Shown piece by piece: positions 36,728 through 45,723 of a DNA stretch of 64,000 nt. The stretch comes from an uncultured Methanosarcinales archaeon. Lineage in GTDB: Archaea > Nanobdellota > Nanobdellia > Woesearchaeales > ARS49. Where the stretch lies: positions 263,085 to 327,084 of the forward strand of contig CAYGVI010000003.1 of the NCBI GenBank assembly GCA_964353335.1. The letters are read 5' to 3'. The notes beneath the pieces are model-generated. The model searched no databases and was not told the DNA's origin. It worked only from the letters and a program-made list of their open reading frames with translations. The position numbers were made by a program, and so were the translations under genes. Numbering within the stretch: position 1 is the first letter of the stretch; the number at the start of each line of letters is the position of its first letter.

Positions 36728-38043
36728 AAATGAAAGCGCAGCTTACGCTGATGATGCTAATGGGGCTTGTAATGCTTATCGCGGTTGGAATTGTTTTGTA
36801 CATCGGCGGGTCTTCAATGACAAAAAGCACAGAGCGGGGAAGTGAGCAGCAGCGTTTGAGCCAGTCTGCAATCCAGACAATCAGGGATTATGTCCACTCG
36901 TGCCTTGACGCAACCACAACAGCTGCATTGGACCTTATCGGAAAGCAGGGCGGAGTGCTTTACAGGGCGCAGGGCGGCTTGACTCCTGACATCCTGCCTT
37001 CAGACCCGCAGGGCGGGCGCTATGTTATTTATGATGGGCTTAATGTCAGCTACCTCATCCACAGGCCCAGCCAGAATGTTGGCAGGCTTTATTTTGCAGA
37101 GCCTCCGGATTATCCATGGGTTACATTCCCGTATGTCCTTAACAAGTCAGACATGTCAGTCATGAGGACAACATACACCGGCTACTTTGGCATATCGCTT
37201 TTGCCCCCGCTTTTCAAGCCAGGCAAGGACTCCATCCAGGAACAGATTGAGTCATACATCAGCTTCAACCTTCCGCGCTGCACAGACTGGAGCTCATTCA
37301 AGGGGCTTTCAATCACTGCTGACAAGCCAAATGTCTCTGTAATAATCGCAGAGAACAAGACGCAGATTGAAACAGAGCAGTATTTCTCAGTGGTCGCGAA
37401 CTGGCAGGTGAACATCACTGACAGTTCCACAGGTTCCAACACCACACTTGACATGTTCTCGCGCGGTTATCCTGTCCACCTCGCAAAATTCTATGTTTTC
37501 GTGCAGAGCCTGATTTACAGCGAGATAAATGATTCATCATTTGACCCGCTCTCGCAAAGCTCGCCTGCAAGCCCTGTTTTTGTTTTCAGGGACATTTTCA
37601 AAAATCCAGAGGATGAAGGCGCTGATGACCTGATTATTGTAAAGGATGCAGAGTCAGAATTGCGCGGCAAGCCATTGGAGTTCAGGATACTGAGGCAGAA
37701 CCGCTATCCTGCGCTTGTCTGGATAAACCAGTCTGACATCAACAGCTATGCGTTTTACAGGATGGGCATGTGCCCAGCGAAAGCGCAGTCAATATTCCTC
37801 GAAGGCAACCAGCTCAAAATAACTTATGCAACAGACTCTCCGTATGAATGGTCTGGCACGCTTTCAGCAATTGACCCTGATGAGGACAATGTCAGCTTCA
37901 GCATCAAGCCTGAGGACGGGATAATAGATGACGTCCCGCTAAATGACGCCCTGTTCAGGCTGTTTGTTTATGCCTCTGACGGCGGAAACACAAAGGATTA
38001 CCAGATTGTCAACCTGACACTTGCGGGTTGCCCTGAAGAATGA
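36724..38043 (+). CDS. Class III signal peptide (type-IV-pilin-like) protein, 440 aa
   Basis: Start 'MKMKAQLTLMMLMGLVMLIAVGIVLYIGG' (basic residues, A, then Q+1 and a hydrophobic helix) overlaps the upstream stop (ATGA); large extracellular domain. Confidence 0.5.
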   Translation: MKMKAQLTLMMLMGLVMLIAVGIVLYIGGSSMTKSTERGSEQQRLSQSAIQTIRDYVHSCLDATTTAALDLIGKQGGVLYRAQGGLTPDILPSDPQGGRYVIYDGLNVSYLIHRPSQNVGRLYFAEPPDYPWVTFPYVLNKSDMSVMRTTYTGYFGISLLPPLFKPGKDSIQEQIESYISFNLPRCTDWSSFKGLSITADKPNVSVIIAENKTQIETEQYFSVVANWQVNITDSSTGSNTTLDMFSRGYPVHLAKFYVFVQSLIYSEINDSSFDPLSQSSPASPVFVFRDIFKNPEDEGADDLIIVKDAESELRGKPLEFRILRQNRYPALVWINQSDINSYAFYRMGMCPAKAQSIFLEGNQLKITYATDSPYEWSGTLSAIDPDEDNVSFSIKPEDGIIDDVPLNDALFRLFVYASDGGNTKDYQIVNLTLAGCPEE

Positions 38044-41000
38044 GAAAACTTTTGCTTATCGCGGTGGTTGCGGCATTTTTCTACATGGCACTCTTTTCCC
38101 AACAGGCATCCGGCCAGGAGCAGGGATGCTGCTGCGAGCCGATTTATCACCGCGGAATCATTGAGGAGCGCTCTGCGTGCGAGGAAAAAGGATATAACTT
38201 CACGTCAGAGCTTCCTGCCGAGGTCGGAGAAAGCTGCGACCCCATCTGCAATTCAACATTCGGCATTCCAATCATCATAACCCCGCCTGCTGACTGCGAG
38301 TCCCCGTTTTTCAACCCTGCTCCAATGAGCGTGGTTGCAAAGGCAGTCAAGGGAAAGAAGCAGATCAGGCTAATCTACACTGTTCCGTGCCCGATGCAGG
38401 CAATTGCTGTTAACATCTCGCGCTGTGCAGGTGATGATTGCGAGGACTTTTCCCAGATTGCCCAGATGTCGCCCACAGGGGTTTACACTGACGCGTCACC
38501 TGACCTTCTCTGGAACACCCCTTACACTTACATGGTGGTCATTACCTCGCGGATTTCAGGCGCTTCAGAGCCTGGCTTCGCAATAGGCAATGCAGGTGAC
38601 ATTGAATGCTGGAATCAGGGATTTGACAAGTTTTGCATTTCAGATTACTACTACACCCGCTTCCAGGAATATTTGTCAATGTATGGCTACAAGGATACCA
38701 GTGCAGATGCATTTGCAGGCGATTTACAGTCTTCTGTTGAGCTGACATTTGCTGACAAGTTTAATACCGGGAGATACTGCAATGATATCAACCTGCTCAG
38801 CGACACTGGCTTAAGCTGCCCTGAAGGAAAGAAGTGTGTCTCAGGAAAGCTCGGGCTTGCTTGCATCACTCCAACGTCCTGCGAAGGCGGCGGATTGTTC
38901 GGGCTTTACTCATCACTTGAAACCTGCGAGGGAACCGCGTCCGCGAAGAAGTACTGCTTCTTTGACCGCTCGCACAGTTCTGTTGACCGGTGCTACTCCT
39001 GCAGTCCGCAGATGAGCTGCGCTGACTACAGGTCAGAGGGCACGTGCAACCGCGACAACTGCTTTGCAGGCAACTGCTCATGGAAGCCTGTTTTCCCTGA
39101 CATCGGAATCGGTGTTTGTGTTGACAGCAGGTTCCCAAACTGCGCGTGGTGCACAAAGCAGGGCACAGAAGGGCTTGAAAACACTGATGCCTACAATGAA
39201 GTGTTTGACCAGTGCACTACAAGGAAATCAATAGCGCTCACTGTTCCAAATTATCTTTGCACATTTGACAAGAATGCCCAGGAAAGCAATGGCTGTGACG
39301 CCACTGCCTGCATGGATTACAATGACACTGACTGCGGCTCGCCTGCAGGAGGCATTCAGCTCAATCCTGACAACTCGCTTGAGGTTGGAAGCACTGACCC
39401 GTGCAGCATAAAGGTCTGCCAGCTTCAGTCCGGCATAGGCTGCCTGAAGAATGCTGACGGAAACGGTCTCTTTGACTGCGGCATAAAATCTGATGACCGA
39501 AGGCAGTGCGAGCTTGACCATTATCCGCCGAACACAACTTTTGTCGCTACCTCTTACAAGCCAAACCGCATGGACTGGCTCGAGGCAAGGATGCTTGACC
39601 AGGTGAACGGCACTGCAGACGCAGATTACATGCAGGGCAAACAGGGCTACAGGCTGAGGGTTTGCGTTGACAGCGAAGAAACACCCTGCGCTGAAGCCAC
39701 AACATTTGCCGAGACAAACCTTTCCTTGCTGAACTTCAATGACCTTTACCTGCAGGCAGGCAGGGATGTGGTTGCCACGATGTCCGACGGCGAGAACACG
39801 CTGAAATATTATGGAGTTGACCGCAGCAACAACCCTGAAGTTATCAAGGAAATGACAATACTTGCCTGCGACAAATGCCAGGGGCCCAAAGTGCTTGGCA
39901 TCAATGTCACCCCAAGCCGGAGCTACGAAGGAAAGTTTTACACAATATCCGAAATTCCAGTAATAACTGTCGCGTTCAATGAGCTTTCAACCCTGACAAC
40001 TGCCACGCTTTCAATCGGCAACAAGGTGATGCCTGTAAACGTCATGCCTCTTGGAGGGGCGAATTATGATTACACTTTTATCCCGATAAACACGCTGGAG
40101 GATGGCGAATACCTGCTGGCGTTCAATGCAAAGGACAGCAATGGGCTGCTTATGGACTTGCCTGGCTTGGCAATTATTGTTGTTGACACCACCCCTGGGG
40201 ATGTCACAATACTTCCTCCTGACGGAACTGTCATCAATGACACGTCAGTTGCAATCTCTTTCACCTTCAATCAGCCTCCTGTCAGCCTGCTTGGTGCTTA
40301 CCTTGACAATGAAGTCTGGATTAGCAAGTATGCCACGAAGAAAAAAATAATGAACCTGACATCAAGCCTTGTGGAAACAGAGCCCAATAAGGTCTATGAC
40401 ACCACTGTCGATGAGCTTTACGGCGGAAAGAAGAACATCAGGGTTTATGCAGAGGACTTCGCAGGCAATCCTGTAATAGGAAAGTCAAGCTTCTGGATTA
40501 ACAGCGGCCCATTGCAGATGAGGATGCGCGAGCCGAGCTGGGGTGTAAGCGCAACATATGTGTTTGACATCGCGATTGATACATCAATAGCCGCCACGTG
40601 CAAGTATGCGTATGACCTGCCTGCGCCTGTTCCTGTTGCGGCGTTTAATGACTTCCTTGCCCCATTCCCAGAGGAAAAAGAGGTTGTCCACAAGATTCCC
40701 GGATTTAACAAGATTTCTTTCGGTGATATGAAAGCGCACAAGCTTAGTGTTTATTGCAAGGCAGGGGCTAACATCACGATGGAGACATTTGAGCTACGCG
40801 TTGACCCAAGCCCGCCAACAATCAAGTCTGCTTACGCAGACCCTGCGGTAATAATTGAGCGCAGGACTCCAAGCGTGGACATATTCACAACATACCTGAA
40901 GGCTCAGACAGATGATGACGGCTTCTGCAGGTACAGCACCGAGAGCAAGCCGTTCATACTTATGGACGGGCTGTTCTCAGGCTTTGACGAATACCCCAAG

Positions 41001-43118
41001 AAATCCCACAGCGCTGAAATAAACGTAACTAAGGACATGACGTCATACACTTACTATGTTGCCTGCAAGAACACAGCAGAGCTGCCTTCTGCAACAGTGC
41101 CTGTCAAATTCAGCGTTGACACAACCATACCATTCGCGATAACAAGCCTCACCCCGCCATACTCCAACTCAACAGAATTCAGCATCGCCCTGCAGACAAA
41201 CAAGCGCGCATTATGCTACATTGCAGAAGACCCTGAAGTCACGCCCACTTTCATGGGATTGATGGGCCATTCGCACGTCTACCCTGTTGAAGTCAATAAG
41301 TCAGGCAATTATTCCTGGTATGTGAAGTGCAGCACAGGCGCAGGAAGCGAGGTTGCTGATATGTGGATCAATGTGCTTGTTGACACAACCCCGCCTGTAA
41401 TGCTGTATGTGAATGACAGTTCCAACCTGGCTGAGACTCCTGATGTCTCTTACTTCCTTGACCAGTTGATGGTAAAATTCCTTGGAGTTGACAATGAGAC
41501 CGCTGTTAATGCGTATTATTACCGCCTGCAGACTTTCTTCGCGAACGCCACAATCCTCAACTGGACTCTCAGCACAAACACAAACGGCACAGCATTTTAC
41601 GTGACAGGGTTGAACCTCACCGACGGCAACAAGTACAGGTTCGAGGCCTATCCTGTGAACATTATCGGGCTGCAGGGCGAGGCAAAGCAGAGCGATGGTG
41701 TGACGATTGATTCAACCAAGAAGCCTGCTGACTGCGTTAATGACATTCAGGATGGAAATGAAACAGACCTTGACTGCGGTGGCTTATGCCCTGGCTGCAA
41801 TGATGGCGGCAAGTGCAATGCTGATACAGACTGCCTGTCAGGATTCTGCGACAATGGACTCTGCGCACTGGTCGGCTGCGATGATGTTGCAAAGAATGGC
41901 AATGAAACAGATGTTGACTGCGGCGGAGGAGTGTGCCTGCCGTGCGGAATGAACAAGAGCTGCGTGCAGGATGCTGACTGCGCGAGCGGCAGCTGCAATT
42001 ATGGCACGTGCGGCGACCCGATACCATGCTCAGACGGCTTGCTCACAGGAACAGAATCAGACATTGACTGCGGAGGCTCATGCCCGAACAAGTGCGGCGA
42101 GGGAAAGAACTGCCAGGTGCCTTCTGACTGCGCAGGCGCACTGCTTTGCATTGACGAAACCTGCCAGGGATTGCTCGACAGCGACAATGACGGCGTTGAG
42201 GACGCAAAAGACAAGTGCCCGAACACGCCTGTCGGTGAAGCAGTTGATGAAAACGGCTGCTCTGCCTCGCAAAGGTTCACCTGTGGCGATGAGATATCTG
42301 ACGGCTGGAGGATAAAGTACTTTGGCAGCGTGCTTTGCGACGGAGACGGCGCCCCTGGTGCAGACCCTGACAAGGACGGCCTTACAAATGTTGAGGAATA
42401 CAGGGCGCGCACTGACCCGGCAAACGCAGACACTGATGGCGATGGATGGAATGACAAGGTTGAGCTTGACAAGGGCTATGACCCTCTTGACCCTGCTTCG
42501 CACCCGCCAAGCAAGGTGCGTATTTTGCTCTGGACTCTGCTCATACTTCTTTTGCTTGCAGTTCTGGGTGTCGGCGGATGGCTCGGCTACCAGTATTACA
42601 TGGAGAAGAGGCTTGAAGCCCTTCCGCCTTCAATACCTGCAAAGGCAGAAGCCCCTGAGCGCAAGTACAGGAAGTGGCCTTCAATAATTGAAAAGCTGCG
42701 CAGGATAGCGCGCAAGGAAGAGCCTGGTGTCATTGACCGCGACTGGGTATCGCTCGCAGAGCTTTCAGAGCGCCTGAAGGAAGGGAAAGTGCACGTGCAC
42801 AAGGATGTCTTTGAACGCCTTGAGGGCCTGATAAGCGGAAAGATTCCAAAGGAGGAGACAGAAAGCATCCTTGAGGCAATCCAGAAGGAGCCAAAGGCAT
42901 TCAAGCTTTTGCGCAGGATTTCATTTGAGAAGCTCTCTCCTGCTGAAAAGGAGTTTGTGCGCAAGCGCCTTGCATTCCTAAAGTCAGGAAAGCTCACATC
43001 AGCAGAGCTTGAGCAGGTGCTCACAAAGCTGCGCATAACCGCAGCATATTATAGGACTCACAGGGAAGAGCTTGAGCGCGAGCTTGAGGAATGGCTTGAT
43101 GAGCGGAGGCACAAATGA
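38040..43118 (+). CDS. Giant (1,692 aa) Cys-rich surface protein with thrombospondin-type-3-like Ca-binding repeats, C-terminal TM anchor and cytoplasmic coiled-coil tail
   Basis: Signal 'MRKLLLIAVVAAFFYMALFS'. Three ~40-aa tandem repeats '(N)ETDxDCGGxCxxCxxGxxCxxxxDCxSGxCxxGxC' (nt ~41730-42170). TSP3-like 'DSDNDGVEDAKDKCPNTP' and 'DPDKDGLTNVEEY...DTDGDGWNDKVELD' motifs. TM 'ILLWTLLILLLLAVLGVGGWLGY', then a Lys/Glu-rich tail. Confidence 0.7.
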   Translation: MRKLLLIAVVAAFFYMALFSQQASGQEQGCCCEPIYHRGIIEERSACEEKGYNFTSELPAEVGESCDPICNSTFGIPIIITPPADCESPFFNPAPMSVVAKAVKGKKQIRLIYTVPCPMQAIAVNISRCAGDDCEDFSQIAQMSPTGVYTDASPDLLWNTPYTYMVVITSRISGASEPGFAIGNAGDIECWNQGFDKFCISDYYYTRFQEYLSMYGYKDTSADAFAGDLQSSVELTFADKFNTGRYCNDINLLSDTGLSCPEGKKCVSGKLGLACITPTSCEGGGLFGLYSSLETCEGTASAKKYCFFDRSHSSVDRCYSCSPQMSCADYRSEGTCNRDNCFAGNCSWKPVFPDIGIGVCVDSRFPNCAWCTKQGTEGLENTDAYNEVFDQCTTRKSIALTVPNYLCTFDKNAQESNGCDATACMDYNDTDCGSPAGGIQLNPDNSLEVGSTDPCSIKVCQLQSGIGCLKNADGNGLFDCGIKSDDRRQCELDHYPPNTTFVATSYKPNRMDWLEARMLDQVNGTADADYMQGKQGYRLRVCVDSEETPCAEATTFAETNLSLLNFNDLYLQAGRDVVATMSDGENTLKYYGVDRSNNPEVIKEMTILACDKCQGPKVLGINVTPSRSYEGKFYTISEIPVITVAFNELSTLTTATLSIGNKVMPVNVMPLGGANYDYTFIPINTLEDGEYLLAFNAKDSNGLLMDLPGLAIIVVDTTPGDVTILPPDGTVINDTSVAISFTFNQPPVSLLGAYLDNEVWISKYATKKKIMNLTSSLVETEPNKVYDTTVDELYGGKKNIRVYAEDFAGNPVIGKSSFWINSGPLQMRMREPSWGVSATYVFDIAIDTSIAATCKYAYDLPAPVPVAAFNDFLAPFPEEKEVVHKIPGFNKISFGDMKAHKLSVYCKAGANITMETFELRVDPSPPTIKSAYADPAVIIERRTPSVDIFTTYLKAQTDDDGFCRYSTESKPFILMDGLFSGFDEYPKKSHSAEINVTKDMTSYTYYVACKNTAELPSATVPVKFSVDTTIPFAITSLTPPYSNSTEFSIALQTNKRALCYIAEDPEVTPTFMGLMGHSHVYPVEVNKSGNYSWYVKCSTGAGSEVADMWINVLVDTTPPVMLYVNDSSNLAETPDVSYFLDQLMVKFLGVDNETAVNAYYYRLQTFFANATILNWTLSTNTNGTAFYVTGLNLTDGNKYRFEAYPVNIIGLQGEAKQSDGVTIDSTKKPADCVNDIQDGNETDLDCGGLCPGCNDGGKCNADTDCLSGFCDNGLCALVGCDDVAKNGNETDVDCGGGVCLPCGMNKSCVQDADCASGSCNYGTCGDPIPCSDGLLTGTESDIDCGGSCPNKCGEGKNCQVPSDCAGALLCIDETCQGLLDSDNDGVEDAKDKCPNTPVGEAVDENGCSASQRFTCGDEISDGWRIKYFGSVLCDGDGAPGADPDKDGLTNVEEYRARTDPANADTDGDGWNDKVELDKGYDPLDPASHPPSKVRILLWTLLILLLLAVLGVGGWLGYQYYMEKRLEALPPSIPAKAEAPERKYRKWPSIIEKLRRIARKEEPGVIDRDWVSLAELSERLKEGKVHVHKDVFERLEGLISGKIPKEETESILEAIQKEPKAFKLLRRISFEKLSPAEKEFVRKRLAFLKSGKLTSAELEQVLTKLRITAAYYRTHREELERELEEWLDERRHK

Positions 43119-43633
43119 ATAATCGTGCGCAAATGATAGGCCAGGTTTTCATCTTTGTCATAGCGGGGCTTGTCTTCGTGCTTATCCTGGGCTATGGCTA
43201 CAAGGCAATAATGGGCTTAATGGAAAAAGGCGAGAAGGTCCAGCTGATTGACTTCCGCAACAAGCTTGACTCCTCAATCAACATCATAAAAAGGGATTAT
43301 GGGAGCGTGCAGCGCGTTGACCTTATTGTGCCTTCAAATACAGATGAAGTCTGCTTTGCGACTTCTGACAAGAATGATGTGCGTTCGGGCGAATGGGAAA
43401 AGAATTTCCAGGAAGAGCGCCCATTGTTTTACGGCGCTTGGGTAACCGGCACTGAGAATGTGTTCTTTGTGCCAAAACAGTCCACTCCAATACCTGAGAA
43501 GGATATTGTTGTTGACCCTGAAGGCAAGGGCTATCTCTGCGTCAATGCTGCAGGCGGCAGGATAAGCCTGCGCATGGAGGGCATTGGAAGCAAGGTGCTG
43601 ATAACAGAATGGCCTGTGCAGGGGGCAGAATGA
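43115..43633 (+). CDS. Pilin-like protein with class III signal peptide
   Basis: 172 aa; 'MNNRAQMIGQVFIFVIAGLVFVLILGYGY'; start overlaps the upstream stop. Confidence 0.5.
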   Translation: MNNRAQMIGQVFIFVIAGLVFVLILGYGYKAIMGLMEKGEKVQLIDFRNKLDSSINIIKRDYGSVQRVDLIVPSNTDEVCFATSDKNDVRSGEWEKNFQEERPLFYGAWVTGTENVFFVPKQSTPIPEKDIVVDPEGKGYLCVNAAGGRISLRMEGIGSKVLITEWPVQGAE

Positions 43634-44712
43634 GCAAGCGCGCGGTTGAAATGCAGTTCAACTGGATTTTCATCCTGATAGCAGGCGCTGTCATCCTTGC
43701 TTTCTTTTTCAACGTTGTGCAAAAGCAGCGCGCGCTCAGCGAGGAAAAGCTTTCAATAAAGCTTGCATCGCAGATGGATGCTATTTTTTCAGGAGCTATA
43801 GAAAGCAAGGGCACAATCCAGCCGCTCGCAACCCCCAAGCCAGGGATTGCGTTTTCCTGCAGTGATACCTGCGTCTGCAAATACCACGTAGGCAAAAGCG
43901 GAATAGAGTTTAATGACAAACTGATTTTCGCGCCTCCCTTAATCAAGGAACAGGATGCAAGGGCATGGGCTGTTGAGTGGAAGCTGCCGTTCCGCATTGC
44001 AAACTTCTTGATGCTCACAAATCCCGCAATAAAGTATTACCTTGTTTATGACTCTGCAAACCCGCTGTCAGCGCAGGCTTTCCAGCGCATCAGCAAGGGG
44101 CTGCCAAAGGAAATCAACAGGGAAACAATCTCATCCCCTTCAGGAGCAGGGGATGTTTCACCAGAGGGGTATGTGCAGACGCGCTTTGTTTTCATCGGCA
44201 CATCAGAGCCTGACCTTAGCAATCTCAGGATGGAATTCCAGAGCGAGGATGTTTCAGGCGTTTGGATTGATGACACTCTTGAGAAAGTTGTGTTTTACGA
44301 GAAATCAGACCCTGACAGGCTTGAATTCAACCAGTACCCTTCGTCCCTTGCCGGCGAGGAGACTGCTTATGCGACAATATTTGCCGCAGACCACATGATG
44401 TACAACTGCATGATGCAGCGCGCATTTGACAAGCTCGGCGCAATAGCAGGCGTGCACGAAGCCCGCGCCCGCGCTTTGCAGGAAACTATGGGCGCGCTTG
44501 ACACTCCGCGGCTTGACTGTGTTGGCGCTTATGACCCGATTATCACCTCGCTTGCGAATATGAGGCAGAAGGCAGTATTGCTTGGCACTTCATTTTCCCA
44601 GGAAGCCGATGCGCAGGGCGCAGGAGCCCTTGCTGGAATACTCGGAGTCCAGACAGAGCTTAACACCCAGAATACAAACCTGATAAAGCAGAACTGCCCG
44701 GAGATTTACTGA
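43609..44712 (+). CDS. Pilin-like protein with class III-like signal peptide
   Basis: 367 aa; 'MSKRAVEMQFNWIFILIAGAVILAFFF'; overlaps upstream gene. Confidence 0.45.
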   Translation: MACAGGRMSKRAVEMQFNWIFILIAGAVILAFFFNVVQKQRALSEEKLSIKLASQMDAIFSGAIESKGTIQPLATPKPGIAFSCSDTCVCKYHVGKSGIEFNDKLIFAPPLIKEQDARAWAVEWKLPFRIANFLMLTNPAIKYYLVYDSANPLSAQAFQRISKGLPKEINRETISSPSGAGDVSPEGYVQTRFVFIGTSEPDLSNLRMEFQSEDVSGVWIDDTLEKVVFYEKSDPDRLEFNQYPSSLAGEETAYATIFAADHMMYNCMMQRAFDKLGAIAGVHEARARALQETMGALDTPRLDCVGAYDPIITSLANMRQKAVLLGTSFSQEADAQGAGALAGILGVQTELNTQNTNLIKQNCPEIY

Positions 44713-45194
44713 TGAAAAAAGCGCAGATACAGATGTTTGAGACTGTTGGCGTGCTTGTGGTATTCTTCTTCCTGCTTGTTGCCGGCGCAGTGTTTTATTT
44801 TAACATCCAGAAGTCATCTATGCAGAAGGAGCTTGTCCAGCAGGCTCAGCTCAGAAGCCTGCAGTCAGCCCAGCGCGCTGTCTTTTTGCCAGAGCTTGAC
44901 TGCAGCTTTGCACGCGTGACGCGCGACAACTGCTTTGACCGCTTCAAGATCGCGGCATTGCATGAAATTATCGCAAATGATGACCACACGCGCCAGGTTT
45001 ATACCCGCTCTTTCGGATATGCAAACATCTCTGTAACAGAGGTCTTTCCAGGCTCTGGGATGACTGTGATTTATGACTATCCGCCTGAGGAATACCGCGG
45101 CATACTGAAGTCGCAGCTGCCTGTCCTGCTTTATGACCCTGTGACATGGGATGCTGCATTTGGAATAATGGAGGTCACAACATATGCGTCGTGA
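44712..45194 (+). CDS. Pilin-like protein with class III signal peptide
   Basis: 160 aa; 'MKKAQIQMFETVGVLVVFFFLLVAGAVFYF'. Confidence 0.5.
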   Translation: MKKAQIQMFETVGVLVVFFFLLVAGAVFYFNIQKSSMQKELVQQAQLRSLQSAQRAVFLPELDCSFARVTRDNCFDRFKIAALHEIIANDDHTRQVYTRSFGYANISVTEVFPGSGMTVIYDYPPEEYRGILKSQLPVLLYDPVTWDAAFGIMEVTTYAS

Positions 45195-45675
45195 TAAGCG
45201 CGGCCAGATGGAGATAATGGGCCTGGCAATAATAGTGATACTTGTTTCCCTTGCGATGCTCTTTGCAGTGCAGTGGATGCTTAAGCCTTCAACAGCAACT
45301 GTCCAGAAGACAAAGCAGTCTGTTCTCGCCACAAGTATGCTCACCACAATGGTCGGCACAACAACAGACTGCAACAAGCGCACAGTTGGTGATTTGCTTG
45401 GCGACTGCGCGCTCACGCAGGGTGCGACAAAATGCGCTGACATGACATCCTGCGATTATGTGCGCGGGGTAATGGGCAGCATCTTTAACGCGACAATGAA
45501 AAAATGGAAGCTTAATTATTATTTCCACATCACCGGAGCGAGTTCTGTTGAGGATATGAAGTTCGGAAGCGGCTCCACGCCCCAGCCGTGCAAAGGCGCA
45601 AAGCAGGGCAAGGAATACCCCCTTGTCGTCACCCAGACATATGAGCTCAAGCTCTATCTTGATATCTGCGGGTGA
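45184..45675 (+). CDS. Pilin-like protein with class III signal peptide
   Basis: 163 aa; 'MRRDKRGQMEIMGLAIIVILVSLAMLFAV' (KRG|Q plus hydrophobic helix); 8 Cys in the mature part. Confidence 0.5.
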   Translation: MRRDKRGQMEIMGLAIIVILVSLAMLFAVQWMLKPSTATVQKTKQSVLATSMLTTMVGTTTDCNKRTVGDLLGDCALTQGATKCADMTSCDYVRGVMGSIFNATMKKWKLNYYFHITGASSVEDMKFGSGSTPQPCKGAKQGKEYPLVVTQTYELKLYLDICG

Positions 45676-45723
45676 GAATATCGTCGGCGAAGATTTAAAA
45701 GCGCCTGGGGTTTAGATTCCCAT

